A DNA stretch of 64,000 bases from Callorhinchus milii. Lineage: Eukaryota. Where the stretch lies: contig NW_024704804.1 in the NCBI RefSeq assembly GCF_018977255.1, forward strand, positions 186,001 to 250,000. Reading direction: 5' to 3'. The position numbers and the translations under genes were made by a program. Positions 38,859-53,705 of this stretch are shown here, one piece after another. Every line of letters starts with the position of its first letter. The stretch's first letter is position 1. Under the pieces are notes generated by a model. That model did no database searches. It was not told the origin of the DNA and saw only the letters and a program-made list of their open reading frames with translations.

Positions 38859-39080
38859 CTGACCCTGAGTGAGAGACCCGAGGATCCAGTAAGTCTCCCT
38901 CGTCTATGAGAGGATAAAGGTGTAATTTCACAACATTGAAGATATTTCTGATCTTGACGCTTTCTTGCACACTTGCACGGAGAAATTTATATTTCTTTCA
39001 TTCCCTGTTTGAATGATGGCTTGACAAACATTGAGGCATCGCGAGAGTTATTGTTGACAGTTTAATGAGGAGCAAAACCA
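38852..39080 (+). pseudogene. Decayed B30.2/SPRY remnant
   Basis: accctgagtgagagacccgagga..ctatgagagg..cacggagaaatttat..tgacagtttaatgag matches 3739-3950. Confidence 0.68.
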
Positions 39081-40966
39081 TTGGGTATTAACGTGTTTGA
39101 CTTTACTTGACACCTGTCTGAAATACGATCATAAGAACATAAGAATGTAGGAATCTCCTCAGCCAAAGTAGACAGAGACCCATCTCGTTTGCCTTCCAGC
39201 ATTCTTGCAGTCGCTTGGCATGACTTGTTCAAAACTTTCTTATGCATCTTTGTATGTGTGTCTCTCTCTGCCTGTGCGTATGTTACTGGGACAACCCGTG
39301 GCATGGAGGGCGCTATGCAATTTGATGTTTTTCTTGTTTCAGCTTGGGACTGTGTTTGTGTCTGTGCGCGTGTGTGTGTGTATTCTGTGAGTGAGTATGC
39401 GTGTGTGTCTCTGTTTGCGGAGGTGTCTGTGTGTTTCATTTCCTCTTCACATATCTGTTTGCGTTTGTGAATGTGTATCTGTCTGTATTTGTAATTTTCT
39501 GTTACTGTGCTGTGGTATGTATGATTCGATGATTGTCTGTGTATTTGTGGGTACGTCTGTATATATATATTTGTTTGACAATATTCTGCACAATGATATG
39601 TATCAAAAATGGAAGTGATTTTCTCCTTGTGTCCTGGCTGACAACACCATCAATAAAAATTGAACACATATTTCACTGCAATTTGACATCCACAATCATT
39701 TGCAGAATTCACTGTCTCCATACTCTACAAAAGTGGTGTCCAAGTGGCGGCACGCGGGCCGTATGTGTCCCGGTGGTGAATTTTTTTGGCGAGATACCAT
39801 TTTCAACCGTCTACCTTCCGCTGCCTCCCGGTTGAACTTCCTCGTGTGGCAGCAGGAGGACCCGACGGTTGGGAGGCCTCAGTGTGGAGAGTGGAATAAT
39901 ACCGGCCATTGCTGCAGTGGGTCAGGAAGACGAGCATTTCTCTAATCAATCACATGCTTAGCCACCGCCAACTCCTCCAGCTTCAGATAGTGATTGTCGC
40001 GCGGCTGATAACAACAATACCAAACTCCAGCATTGCTGGGCTCAACATACTTACAGACTCGAAATGAACTGCCCAACTTTAGTGTAATAATAGAATGCAA
40101 TATGACACAGCTGCGTTGATGAAATTACGTGAAATGTTTATTGGCTGATAAGGTAACTCAGCAAATAACGAAAAACAGAAAGGAGACTGTACAATTCTGC
40201 TACTGGTCCAAGTATTTTACAGGATAAAATTCCAGTGTTTATTTGCCACATAATTTGACACAGCTCTCGAAGCCTCTGTTAATGTCTAAAAAATACCAAC
40301 CTGAAGAGAACACTTGACGTGTTTCCCTTCAAAATTAAGTAAAGACCGATACATAATTGAATTCTTATACTTCTGAAGCCACCTTGATCCTCTTCTCACC
40401 CAATAAACCTACACAAACGACACATCTATGGCTCTTTCAACACTGCTCCACATCTCTCGCCCTCTCGCTCTGTTACATTTCCAACCGTCTTAATATATGA
40501 CTTTGGCCGGAAGTTTAACTAGCCTAATCAATACCTATTAGAATAATCTACACATTTGTTTTTTTATTCACGTTTTTGCCGGTGAAGGTTTAGGTGTAAC
40601 ATATTTTTTTGGTTAACCAGCAACACGTAATTGCTGCTTGTTGATGTTGGGTGAGCGAAGTTTCAAAGGAATCCGGAATAAAATAATAATAATAATTAAT
40701 AATATCAAAGAATCTGGAGGAACGTTCACAGAGCAACAAGGATGCTTACAAAATCATGGAGCTCCATTCAGCCTTTAACTGGAACCTACTTGACAGGATA
40801 CTCTGTGAAACCCTTTCAGATGGCATAGTAATGGTCCATATCGATTACAAGCATTATTTTATTGCAGCGCACCGCTTGAAATAAAAGTCAAGCTATCAGT
40901 TGCCTCATTAAATTATGATTCGTTGTCAACGTTTCAAAAATTACACGGAGTGGAACACATTTACCT

Positions 40967-41865
40967 TTACTTAAATAGTTTAAATATATGTTTAAACGGA
41001 TAGTTCACGAGATATTTGACATCCTCTCTGAACTTAGATTGTGTTAAAGCGTAAATGACGGTGTTTGTGCAGCAACTCAAAACCTTAAGCATGTCTGTCA
41101 CTTGTTGGACAACATACACTGGGTCTCTGTAACTTTGGTAGAAATAATTGTCTAACGTTCGTAATAATATGAAATCTAAAACATACATCAGCCATAACAC
41201 GATGAAGCTGCCTGATATGGCGAAGAGTAAGATGATGGATTTTCTTCGATTCTCCATCTCTGCATCGTTGCCACTATTACTTTTCTGGTGCAGGAGGTTT
41301 CTGCGGATTCTGTTGGCAGCTAAAATGTGTCTGACTGTCACCACGTTCATCAGCAAAATCAGAAAGAATGGAACAAACGGGGTTATTATTGTGTCAAACC
41401 AATGATACACAATCCATGTGGGAGAATTGAAGTAAGCCACTTTGTACTGGCAATACCAAGGCACATTGTTCAGTATCTCACTGGGCTCAAACATAAAGTA
41501 CCAGGGAATGCTAATGAAACAGCTCAGAGAAGATATCACTCCTACGACTACAGCTGCTGTCCTCTCGGTGCAATAACTTGCTTTCAGTTTCACACAACAG
41601 ATGGCGACCCAGCGATCAAAGGTGAAAGCCACTGTGAACCAGACTGACATGTGTGTCACCGCCGACTTCAACACCAATCTGAGTGAACACACGGGAGTGA
41701 TGTCCATAAAAGTGTGATTGAAATAAAGAGAATGTATCTTGTTCAAAACCACATCGTTGATGGCGAACAGGATATCGGCCACTGCCATGGCCACCATGTA
41801 GATGGTGATACATTTTGAGAGCCCACACTTTCCCCGGGACAGGACCACAATGGCCAACAGATTCG
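40967..41865 (-). CDS. GPR139/GPR142-like GPCR copy 3, exon 2
   Basis: 899 nt and intact, with a DRW variant and Lys in mid-TM3. Confidence 0.93.
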
Positions 41866-43185
41866 CTGTGAGAAAATGGAACAGCAAACAAACATATTTA
41901 CCTGTGCGCTGCGTAAGTTGATGATATTTTGCTCAAAGTTCATTCACGCAGCATTTTCCCATCAATACTCATGGATTGATGGGTACATTAAAAAAACAAT
42001 TCAAGGCATTAATGAGGAATATTTAAATGAGCAAACACAGGTTTCCAGCTTGGCAGTCGACTCGGGTAAGCACTGAGCTGCAGATATTATTTAACCAATG
42101 AAGTACAGACGAAAATAACTGGTAATATGTAAGAAGTTCTACCTAATTCCACGTTAGTCGCCTTTTCTGTGGGGCATGAAAGGTCCCCTGTGACACTACC
42201 ATAAAATCTAATGAACTATCTCCATATTTCCTGGCCATGTATACACCAAATATACTTTGTATCCTCAAACATTTACTGCGCTTCTCTGGTTACAATCATG
42301 TTACTTTCTGATAGGATAATGTCAAGTATATGCATTGTGTATAATCTGAAAGATGTGGACTTCATTTAATGTCAATGTGTGGAGCTGCAGATGAGAACAT
42401 AAAGCAGAAAATTCGCTTGCATTAATTGAAGATAATGCTAAAAATTCCACAATATTAATATGAAAAGAGTTCGACTCACGCACAGCACAATTCGCAATAA
42501 CGTCAAAATAAATGAAGGGCACAACCGTGCTATTTATGGTCAGACAACGACAATTTCGAGATTCTCAAATGTTTTTCTCACTTGTCACCCCAACACTCTC
42601 CATGTACAACATCCAGCTCATTCATAACAATTCCAACCATGTCCACACTCACAAAATCTCCGCACACCCTTCACTCCAGTCCTCGACACGATTCCCTGCC
42701 TCGTTTCCAGAAAACATATTGATATCAAGATACTCAAAACATATGCAAACCATTCCCTGCCCTGGCATGCTTCTGTCCCTCAACCTACTGACAGAATTGG
42801 CTCGCTCAACTGTGCAATCCTTCCTCAACGCCAGATATTCTTACAGCCCATGTGTCCTGAAACACTGGAGGCTCAATGTCTCCAACTCACACTTTGAGCG
42901 ACCGTCAGATCAGACCGAAAGATATTCTTTTAGGACTGTACCTACGGTCACCATTGTATCACGCGTAGTAACGAGCAGACGCTCACAGAAGTACGGACAC
43001 ACTATCAGTCTCACAGCGAGAGTGGAGAGGGTTCAGCAAACGCCAAAATTTTATCATCATAGAGACATGAAAAAAGATATCAGCGGAACAGAAGTCACAG
43101 CTGGAGAAGTAGAAGTAGATGTGTGTGCCATGCGCAAACTTATGGTACATCGGGATACAAGTAAAATTTGTATCTAACTAATTAC

Positions 43186-43285
43186 CTGCAATACCAATAG
43201 CTGCAAGAATAGGATAATAAACAATCATTATCCGAAAAAGTGTTGGCAAATACTGCCACGGAAAAAAGGCTATAGCCTTCAACAT
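43186..43285 (-). CDS. GPCR copy 3, exon 1
   Basis: ATG at 43285, MLKAIAFFPWQYLPTLFRIMIVYYPILAAIGIA, donor G|GTAATT. TATAAA at 43344-43339. Confidence 0.88.
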
Positions 43286-46200
43286 TGCGTATCACCAGCG
43301 GATAGGCTGTCAGTGCTGGACACTCAAAGCTGCCAGTCTTTATATCCCAGAACTGTCTCCACTGGGAATAAGATATTTGCACAAATGATTGCGAAATACC
43401 AATGTTCCTCTTCTGCTACGAACTGCTGACTGGATTCCTTGGGGGAGGTTGGCATGATCTCATGGGGCCTGAGCCAGCGTTAAGGTGACGTGTTGAACAA
43501 CAGAAAGCTGGAATGAAATCTAACACGTGTAATGGTCAGGGTGAGCCTGTGTCTGAGCCAAGCCAGTTGTATGTTGAGTAAATGACTGTGGTTGTGGGTT
43601 CTGATCAGAGAGCATGAATGGTGGCTGAGGTCAATGTTATAAGACGGGTTTCGTTACTAGGCCCGTGGGTTGGATATAAAGAAAGGGTTGGTCTTGTCCT
43701 GGCACAATATCCACCAAAAAGAATTGTTCTTACACAGTGAGAGTGAAACCAATATTGTCCTAAACTATGACAGTGGGTGAATCTATTGTGCAATCTCACT
43801 CTGTTCCAAATCACGTAATGTTATTTCATAAGAGAAAACTATGTGATCCGTGTTTCAAAGAATCAACACTCCCTGCTTCAAGCTTCTGACTCCCTGTGGT
43901 GCATTATCTCCAGGTATACTATTCGTCAACGTTGTCTTACTACAATGGAAATTTGATCTATAGGGATCCAAAACAGCATTGGTCCCAATACACATCACGA
44001 GGGGACACCATTGCAGAATTCCCTCTTCAGAGAAAAGCAACCTTTCACTACCACGCTCTGCTTTCGTTATCCGAGACAATTCTCTTTCCATGCTGCCACC
44101 GTCCATTTAAAATCGTGGTCTTCTGTTCTGTTAAACGTGTCTTTATAGCACTTTTCTAGAAGCCTTTTGAAATTCCATGTAAACTGCACGATCTGTATAA
44201 GCTTCCTCCGCCCTCTTCGTTACTTCATAAATAATATATCCGTGTTGTCTGTTCTTTATTAAACCATATATTTCTTAGTGAATATGTATTTTGTCTCTGG
44301 AAGATTGTCATGTCTGGAAGTTGCCCAACAACTGAAGAACTTACGACTGGCCTCCAGTAAACGGGTTAATCCATCTGCCAGTTTTTGTACTGGGGACTGT
44401 CAGTTGCATCACTTCCGTCCGCTGGCAGCACGCCGGTGTTCAAAGAAAATTTAGATATTTTGCCCAGAGACTCCGTTAATTCCACCCTTACTGCTTCAGT
44501 AAACTATGATGCATTCCGTCGGGTCCGGCTGGCACATCTACCCGGAGCACCGATTAAATTTTTCAGTAACTGCTATCTATTGATTCTTGATCAAAACTCT
44601 CACAGAGCTCAGCAATAAAGCTGAGTGAATTTTGATTTGCTGTTTGTTTGATTGATGCATATTCTTTTAACCCCACTTGTAATAACTGATACACTATCAC
44701 GAATGGAGGCCACTGTACAAGTTTAATTTGCTGTTGATTTTAAAACATCTGACAAAGATCCATATATATATATTAAAAATTGAAATAAGACAGCTTCTGA
44801 AATTGACTGCTCATTCTCTCCCTGCAGACTCACAATCCATTTAATTAGTACCGGAGTGCATAAGGCACAGATTTGCTAGAAGAAATGCTTTGGGTCACTT
44901 GTGTAGTTGCTCAGGTGCATCTTAGATTTTGTTCGAGTTTAAGAAGATCAAAGTGAATCATTTGTCACAGATAAATATATTCCATAGAATTTCAAAATGA
45001 TTTCAACACAGTATCTTGTCTGCTTTTGGGATATTGCTGTGCAACTGCACATACGTGTTTTCTTACAGATGCACAACGACATCATGTGAAGCATTCAGAT
45101 ATTCTTTTGACGTGAAAAAACAAAGTGACTTTGACCAGTAGATACGCTTCGCGAAAAAAAAAGTTGCATCCAGTTCTTCCAACTCTTTGGCGGTCAAGTG
45201 CACATATGCCCCGAACAATCTATGTACTATATTTCATTTTGTTATATTCCGAATAAAATCTCTCTCATGTGTGTTTAAAAGAATCAACACTTGCTGCTTC
45301 AACCATCTCCCATGGGAATCTGTTCCACGTGTTCACTAATCGCTCACTGAAATAATATTTTCGTAGAATCGTACTGAATTTACCCCCTTCATTTGCAGAC
45401 GTGACCTCGGGTTTTGCTATTCTGGATAAGTTGAGACAGCCTGTAATGATCTGTGTTATCTGACCACGTTAGAATCATAAGGACAGCAATCCGTTTGACT
45501 GTCAATGTTCTTCTTCCAGTGTGAACCTGATTACTTAGTCCCTTCTCCCATTCCAGTACCGCTGTTCCGTAATTCGTTCAAGTTGCCCTCTCCTGCATTT
45601 TACAGCCGAGTTCATCAGCACATCCGCTGCAATCGATATATATTCTTGCTATCTTTTCTCTCCTATCATGTACCCAGTTTCGCATAATCTGTATATGATA
45701 TTTGATGCGACAAGCACAGGCATCTGGATGCTTGCCAGTCAGTTCTCCCATTGAGCGGCTTTGAAGCTGTTACTGGCTAATCTGCTGCCGAGCTCAATCA
45801 CACAACCTGTTTTTTTCTGCTCTGGACTGATCAGACAGATGACCACAAAATATTAGGCAACACCCAATCAGATATTTATGAACTGGCCCTCTTCACTGAC
45901 ACAATTCTTGATCATCTTCTTTGCATCCATTCCAATACCTTGTAATCTTTCCTGATACGATGAAATCTGAACACAGTGCTGCAGTTGCAATGTAACCAAC
46001 GATATGTACAAATATGCCATTGTTAGCTGAATTTTGTATTCTATAATTCTACCTCTAGAACCAAAAATACTGTCAGCTTTGCACAGATATTTCCACATCC
46101 AACAATCGGAAGGATATACTGCTTGCCACTTCCAGTTACAGATATAAAGCCAACTCTAATGTGCCTTTGCTCCTCTTCTACTTGCAAGATACTGCCGATC

Positions 46201-46889
46201 AGCATGTGTGACCTTCCCCCGTCTTTTCTTCCCAAATGAATATCTTACATTTTGTTTGATTAACCTTCAGCTTTCACCGTTCTGCCCTATCTCCTAATAT
46301 ATTGAATCCCTTCTGCTTTTACACGTTGATATAACATTTAATGTATTCCTTAATATTATGAGATAGACATCTTTGAGCTCCGCCTCTTATCTCAAATTGA
46401 ACTGAGCCGTGATATAGTGAATAAATACAATAGTTTGTTTTTATGTAAAACAGTTTCTTACACTGCTTGCAGTTGTTAAAAATATGATCATGCAGTAATT
46501 TTTTTGAACCGAATCACAAAATTTATGATCAGAAGCCTTTACAGTATTTATGCAACAAATTATATAAAACTAAAGGAATTAAACGGTAGAATATTTTTAA
46601 AAAGTCAATGATTAATTAACATGGAAGCTTCATGAGTGAAACTTCCTATATCAAGGCCAGACTTTCAGTTAGGATCACTTCAGTTGGTGCGTGGCATTGT
46701 ATTCTGTCTTTGGCAGAATCATAGGATCACAGATTTATACAGAACAGAAGGAGGCCATTCAGACCATCCTCACATTGCCGGCTATCTGAAAGCGGCTAAC
46801 AAATCAACTCTGCTCACCTGCACTCTCCCAATAGCCCAGGAAACTTTCCCCCACCACACACCCCACCCCTCATGCAACACCCTCACCCC

Positions 46890-48600
46890 CACATAAATAG
46901 TTTTGATTGAATCAGCTTCCAACACCCTTTCACTCAATGCATTCCAGATCGAAACAACTTGCTGCTCAAAAAAAAATTTCATCATCTCCGATCTGTTTCT
47001 TTCAGTAACAAGTTTAAATTGTGCCTTTGGGTTCCCGACTGACAAGCCAGTGGCAATATTTTGTCCTTGCTTACTCTGTCGAACTCCCTCAAAATTGGGA
47101 ATACTTCTATTAACTGTCCTCTTAAACTTCTTTGCTCTACGGAGATTAATGCTTCCATAGCCTCTCCTGATAACTGAAGTTGCTATTTCCTGCTAACATA
47201 ATGGTCAAACTCGTTTGCATCCTATGGAATACCTTGACATCCTTCCTGGTGTTTGGTGCCGTGATGCTAATGAGAATACATTAGCTGAGGTTTATATCAT
47301 TCGCTGAGATTTATACCAGTACGTCATATATTCGTGACGTTTGTATAATATGCCCCTGTTGATCAAGCTTGGAATCCAGTACGCTTTTTTTTAAACAGTT
47401 TTCTACCTGTCCTACCACCTTCAAACATGTGTTTATATGAATCCTCAGGCTTCCCTGTTCCTTCTCTCACTTTCAGATTGTACCATCAGGTGATATAGCC
47501 TCTCCTCAGTATTCTTCCTCTCAAAATGCTTCAGTTCGCATTTCTCTTTTTTAAACTTCATCTTCAACTCTCTGTCCGTTTTCCCAGTCTGACTATATCC
47601 ATCTGCAGTCTGCCACTTTCCAACTTACAGTTTCCTACTTTTCTTAGCTAAGTATGATCTGCAATTTTGGAAAATGTAGAGCCTGTGGACAAGTCCAGGT
47701 TATTTTAGTAGATTAGAAAGTGCAGTGATCCCAATACTTACCCCTGGTGGAAACTATTGCACTTTTCGCTCCAGTCAGAAAAACAATCGTCCGCCAGTAT
47801 TCTCTGCTTTCCTTCTTCTAGACCCGTCTGCATCCATGTTTAAAACCCACATGAACTACATAAACTGCACTACTTTCATCCATCGAAACTCTCCAGCAGC
47901 TTTGTGAGACACGATTTGCCTTCAGCAATGATGTGTTGGCCTCTCTTACATTAAACGATATTATCCTTAGTGAGAATATGATTTTACCTGGATTACATTC
48001 TCTAGATTTTTTCATGCTACTAAATTTGGGCTGAATGGTCTGTTGTTCCCGGGATTATCTATATGATCCGTTTTGTGCAGTAGAGTTACATTTGCGAAAC
48101 ACCAGTCCACAGGCAGATACCCACTATCCAATGAGGCTGGAAAGATTGAGGATGGATCAAACAACCCTTACTTTTCTAAGTCAAAATTTACTTTGCCCCG
48201 GATTACTGCAACTCTCCAGCCCTATGCTATCCCCTGTTGTCCAAGGAGAATTGAAGGTTTGTGGCCAGAGTTGCCGTCATTTCAACACTTACTATCCTCA
48301 GTAATCTAGGATGCATCTGGTACTGACCGATTGAATTATCTAACGTGAGCACCGACAAACATTTTATTAACTCCTCTCGGTTTATTCTTATCTCATACAA
48401 TTTATTTACCCTCTCCTCGTATAATGCGGCATTCGATGCCTCATCTTCTTTTAATAAAACAGATGCAAAAAACTCCTTTAGCAAGCCAGCCATGCCCTCA
48501 CCTCCAAAAGAAGATTTCTTCGTTTGTCCCTGATTAAGCCCACCCTAAATTTACTTACCTTATATTATAAATATGATTATGAAATACTTTCAACTTCCAA
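46890..48600 (-). mobile_element. Decayed CR1-like LINE ORF2
   Basis: MAGLLKEFFASV...SIGQYQMHPRLLR near 48300-48490 and VVSIWNAL..VLEADSIK at the 3' end. Confidence 0.72.
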
Positions 48601-48849
48601 TTAATCTTATCAGGTGCTCATTTTTGTATAATCTCTTGATCACTCTAATTTGACAAAACTTAAAAAGAAAATACTAAGATGTGAAAAATCGACTTAGGCC
48701 AAAAACTTGCAAGGCTTAGCAATGGCAACACTAAAGTTTCTATCATTACGCTAAGAGAAAGCAAGTACTCAAGTTAAGTGTGGGACAGTTACAGTCAGAT
48801 GAGGAATAACTATACTGTGCAATAAGGAAGCGGGAGGATTGAAGAATAA

Positions 48850-50700
48850 ATGTTTGCCTTCTCTTTTCACAGTAGAGGAAGTGGACAAAATAACGGAAAC
48901 CAAAAATAAGCGAAACCGAAGCATCAGATGTATTCATTATAAATAAAAACTCAGTAATTGTGCATATAATGGAAATAAGGATATAGCACATCGCCACGAC
49001 CCGACATATTGCAACCTCGTATATGACAACAAACATCGGAGCAAATTGCAGATGCGTCAGTCATAATTTTCCAAGTCTCTCCACATTTGGGAATTGTCCT
49101 CTTGGATTGGAGAATTGCAAATGTCACTCCTTTATTTAAGAAGGGATAGAGGGAGAAACGAAGTTACTGAAGGCTTTTCAGCTTCATTTCACTTGTATGG
49201 AAATCACTGGAATTTCTCATCAGGAAAAGTGTGACTCTGCATTTGGAAAATATGAATTGATCAAAGTGCGTCAGCGCGGATTTGTGAAAGGAAGATCATG
49301 TCTTACAAATCTGATTGATTAACTGAAAAAGCCCACTGACATGGTTCTTAAGAGAGGACAATGTATGTCGTCTAATGCTCTTTCAAAAGGCATTGGATTA
49401 AGTTCCACACAAGATGTCAATCGCAATAAAAAAGGAGAATGGATTTGGGGGAAACATCGCCCTTTGGCTCGGTAATTGGGTGCGAGGCAGGAAACAGTTG
49501 GTAGGATAGAAAGTGAACAATCTCTGATTAAGAGGACGGGAAATTCGGTTTCCTCCAGGTGTTTGAGCTTGGTCATCCGCTTTTGGGCATATATAAACGA
49601 CATGGATGAAGGATTTGAGAGATGTGTATCCAAATCTGTAGAAGACACAAAATTAGGCTGCACAGTAAATTCTTAGAGAGAAGCAGGAGGTTTCAAAGTG
49701 AGTTTGAGAGATAAAGCGAGCGGACAAAACTGAGTCAGATGGAATTCAATGTGGGGTTTTGTGAGGACATCCACGATGGCCCCAAATATAGCCATGAAGA
49801 ATATTTCCAAATCTTGAGAAACTATGAACTGTGCAAGGCAAAGGGATTTGAGAGCCCACGTACACAGTTCACTGAAACCAAGCTCACAGTCACAAAACAT
49901 TATCAATAGAAGAAATGCAAAATGTTATGAAACTTTCCCAAATCTCAACGACCCTGTTTACTGAGCAGTAAGTAGGAACCTGGTTCTTAGTCGATTGGCC
50001 GATCGCTTTTCCGGGGATAATAATACACCAAACAAAAAAATATTAATACTTTAGTCACTTATTACAGGACTGTTTGTGAGACACTGTTGTGCGCAAATAG
50101 CTGCCATTTTCGACCTTAAATATATAGTCAATTTACCTTATTATGTATACTGTGAAGCGCCTTGAGACGTCTAGGAAACGTGAAAGGCGCTATAACAAAT
50201 GCAATGATGATATATATATTATTATTAAACATTATTATTAATATATTATAGTATATTATTAGTACTATTATTACTTATTATTTAGAAATGAGATATAGGC
50301 TGGAATATAAAGGGTAGGAAATCAAGCCTCATCTTCATAGAACGGTCTGACCCATCTGGAGATCTGTTCAGTTTTAGGCATCGTACCACAGAAATGATTT
50401 GTTGGGTCCTGAGTGGGTACATGGCAGATTCAACAAAATTATACCTGCGATAAAATAGGTGAATTATGAAGACAGATGACATGAACGTGTTCTCTGTTGT
50501 CCTGATTTGAGAAGGTTGCAGATTGATCCCATTGAGGGATTCTAAATTAGTACTGTGATTCAATACGGAAGATACAGATACACTATTACCACTGGTTGGG
50601 AAATCCAGAACAAGGGGACATATTGTTAAAACTAAAGCTCGGCCATTTTAGAGAGAAATTAGGAGCAGTTTTCACTCAAACTTCAATGGAAATCTAGAAC
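48850..50700 (+). mobile_element. CR1-like fragments with a partial SINE (inverted copy of 16950-18817)
   Basis: ggattggagaattgcaaatgtcactcctttatttaagaaggg; YINDMDEGFERCVSKSVEDTKLG. Confidence 0.78.
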
Positions 50701-51779
50701 ACTCTCCCGCAAGTGGCTAGGGCTGCTGAATCCATTCGCTTCGTCAAGACTGAGATGGATTGATATCCCAAAATATCGTGCCCGCATACCGACTGGTACT
50801 GTTCTCCGAGCACCTGTCACACTAGTTCTAGCCAAGGATTCCTGGCTCTCCGTCAACCATCGGGTCGATTTCAAAAACTTATACTCGTGTACTGAATCCA
50901 CTCTTGCCCAGGCACATTGCTGCGTTTGTGACCTGTTTACTACCCAACACGCAACAACATGTGTCCCCTCGATTTGCTCCTGCTTTCTTCATATCCCTCG
51001 TGCTGCCCATTCCACCATTTGTGGTCAATGTTTTGATTCAGCTCGCCCCGAAATCCTGGAGCACACTTCCCCTATCCCCAATCTTTGCCCCATCCTTCCA
51101 GTCTTCTGGTCTCTTCTGAAGAACTTCCGAGTCGACCTTGCCCCTGTCATGACCCGTTCACACCGCCTCATAGCGGTGCTCCACTACTCTCCTACGCTCT
51201 GAAGTGCCACCCTATGTGAGAGGCGCTGTATAATTGCAAGGTGTATTTGTTATGTGCAAAACATCGGCTTGACAGCACTAACTCTCTGATTGCGAGCTTC
51301 CACAGCACTGCGCTGCACAACTATTAAAACATCAAGATCTCGGTAACTCATGTGTTTCAAGAACAGAATAGTATCCGAAATGCTGAATGGAAAAAGATCA
51401 AGACCCAGCTAGTTTGCCTTCCACCTGCCATGCGGTCGCATGCACATATGTCCCGAACTCCTGTGTGTTATATCTCACAGCGTTATTTCCTCAAATAAAA
51501 CTATTTAATCTGTGTTTCAAAGAATCAACACTTCTTGCTTCAACCGTCTCCCTCGGGAGCCCTGTTGCACCTGTTCCCTATTCGTTGACTGACATAGTGA
51601 TTGCGTAGATTGGTGCTGAGTTGTGCCCTCGAACCGCAAGCGGTGACCGCTGGATTCCGCAGCGGACAAAATACACGACCAGCCAGTAAACCACTGTCTA
51701 ACTGTCCTCCATTGGCTGTCCATGCTCCTGTCCATGAGGATCAAAGTTTTGCCACTAACCTACTTCTGTCACATCCAGA

Positions 51780-52105
51780 TAATAATAATAAAAATAATTA
51801 TACTTGCATTTGATATATCGCTTTTCACGTCTTCTCGACACCTCAAAGTGCTGCACAGAATAGACTGTAAAGTGGTTTGACTGTATATTTGTGGGCGAAT
51901 AGCGGAAGACAGTTGCGCACAGAAGGGTCCCACAAAGAGTGGTGGATTGAAGATGACCAATTTATTTTTGTTTTGTTTTGGAGGGATTATTATGTGGCGT
52001 GTGGAGTAATGAAACTCACCGAAGATTTCGCCCTGCCTGGAACTAAACACAGGTGTCTCCCTAGTAAGGAGAGTGCTCTAACCACTGAGTTACAGGACTC
52101 CACAA
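51780..52105 (-). mobile_element. tRNA-derived SINE
   Basis: Same insertion site as 15609-15935. Confidence 0.82.
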
Positions 52106-52616
52106 GCAAGAAGGTACTCTCTACGCTCCAACATTACGCGGCTGCATGAAATACCTCACATTACACACACCGTGGGGCTTTCAGCCATTCTGGACACACT
52201 CTGTATCTCTATTCCGCAGTTGTTTTGTCTGACACCTTGATTTAACTTATCCAAGTCTGTCTCAAGACCTCTATCTTTGCCCTCATCAGGGATCATCTTT
52301 CCCCAACTTACCCCAGTTCAGCTATGACCCCCCCACTTCGATGAATGCGGTGAGCATTTACCTTGAGCTCCCAAATTGATACGCGGTCTATGAGTGTAAA
52401 TTTGTAATCAAATTGCAACAAATTTCTTTCAAGGATTTGCAATATTATTGTATCGTATTGTGAAAAATTAAATTGGTATGATGGCTTCAGTTTCTTTAAG
52501 AAGTCCTGATAGGATCATCTTGCTACCTGAGCCCAATGTTCTCGCTGACGATCAAATGAAGAACTTCAGGGCTCACACCTGTCCCGTTGTGTGACAGTTC
52601 AGAACAAGACTCAAAC

Positions 52617-52890
52617 TTGGATTGTGACTGAGAATTGGGGATGAATATGAAGCTCTGACCTCACCTGGTACCCGCCTGAGAGAGAAACGCTGGTCCTCGG
52701 GAGTCCACCTCGACACTGGGGTGGGACAGGTGGCATTCTGCAGCACTGATAATATGTCTCAACCGTACGATCTCAAACACACTTGCACAGAAAAGTTTAT
52801 TCTTACTTCAGTCCCTGTGCAGATGATTGCGGGATCAACACTGATTCGTGGCGAATGTTCCCGCTGACAGTTTAATGAGCAGGAACCATT
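52617..52890 (+). pseudogene. Decayed B30.2/SPRY exon 3' half
   Basis: Paralogous to 22770-23045 and 14830-15110. Confidence 0.72.
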
Positions 52891-53705
52891 AGATATGAAC
52901 GGCGTTTGATTTTTTTCACCGCTGTCTGGGATACGATCATAAGAACATAACAAAATAGGAATTTCCTGAGCCAAACATGAAATCCCTCTCGATTGCCTTC
53001 CAACCTTCTTGCAGTCCCTTGGCATGACTTGTACAAAACTTTCCAATGCATCTATGTCTATGTGTGTCTCTCTCTGTCTGTGCGTATGTAACTGGGACAA
53101 CCCTGCAAGGAGGGAGCTATACAAATTTATGTTTTCCTTGTTGTTGTTAGCGACTCTGCTCGTGTCTGTGTGTGCGTTTTGTGAGTGTGAATGTGTGCGT
53201 CTCTGTTTGCATATGTGCCTGTGCATTTCATTCGCTCTTTACATATCTGTGTGCGTTTGTGTGTGTTTATCTGTCTTTGATTGTAATTCTGTGATGTTGT
53301 GTGTGTGTGCGTCGGTGTGTGTGTTTGTGGCTAAGTCTCTCTATATATATTTGTTTGTCCATATTCTGGAGAATGACATGTATCAAAAATAGAAGTGAGT
53401 TTCTCCTGGTTTCCTGGCTGACAACACCATCAATAAATATTGGACGCTCACTTCACTGCAATTTGATAACTACAATCACTTACGCAATACACTGCCTCGA
53501 TACTTTACAAAAGGCATGTCCAAATGGCGTCACGCGGGCCACATGTGTCCCGGTGGTGAATTTTTTTGGCGAGATACCATTTCCAACCTTCAACCATCCC
53601 CTCCCTCCCTGTTGAACGTCCTCGTGTGGCAGCAGGAGGACCCGGCGGTTGGGAGGCCTCAGTGCGGAGAGTGGAATAATACCGGCCATTGCTGCAGTGG
53701 GTCAC

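Noticed and set aside
42512-43177. 221-aa ORF antisense to the copy 3 intron
   Set aside because: No recognisable domain; the frame is shorter or broken in paralogous introns.
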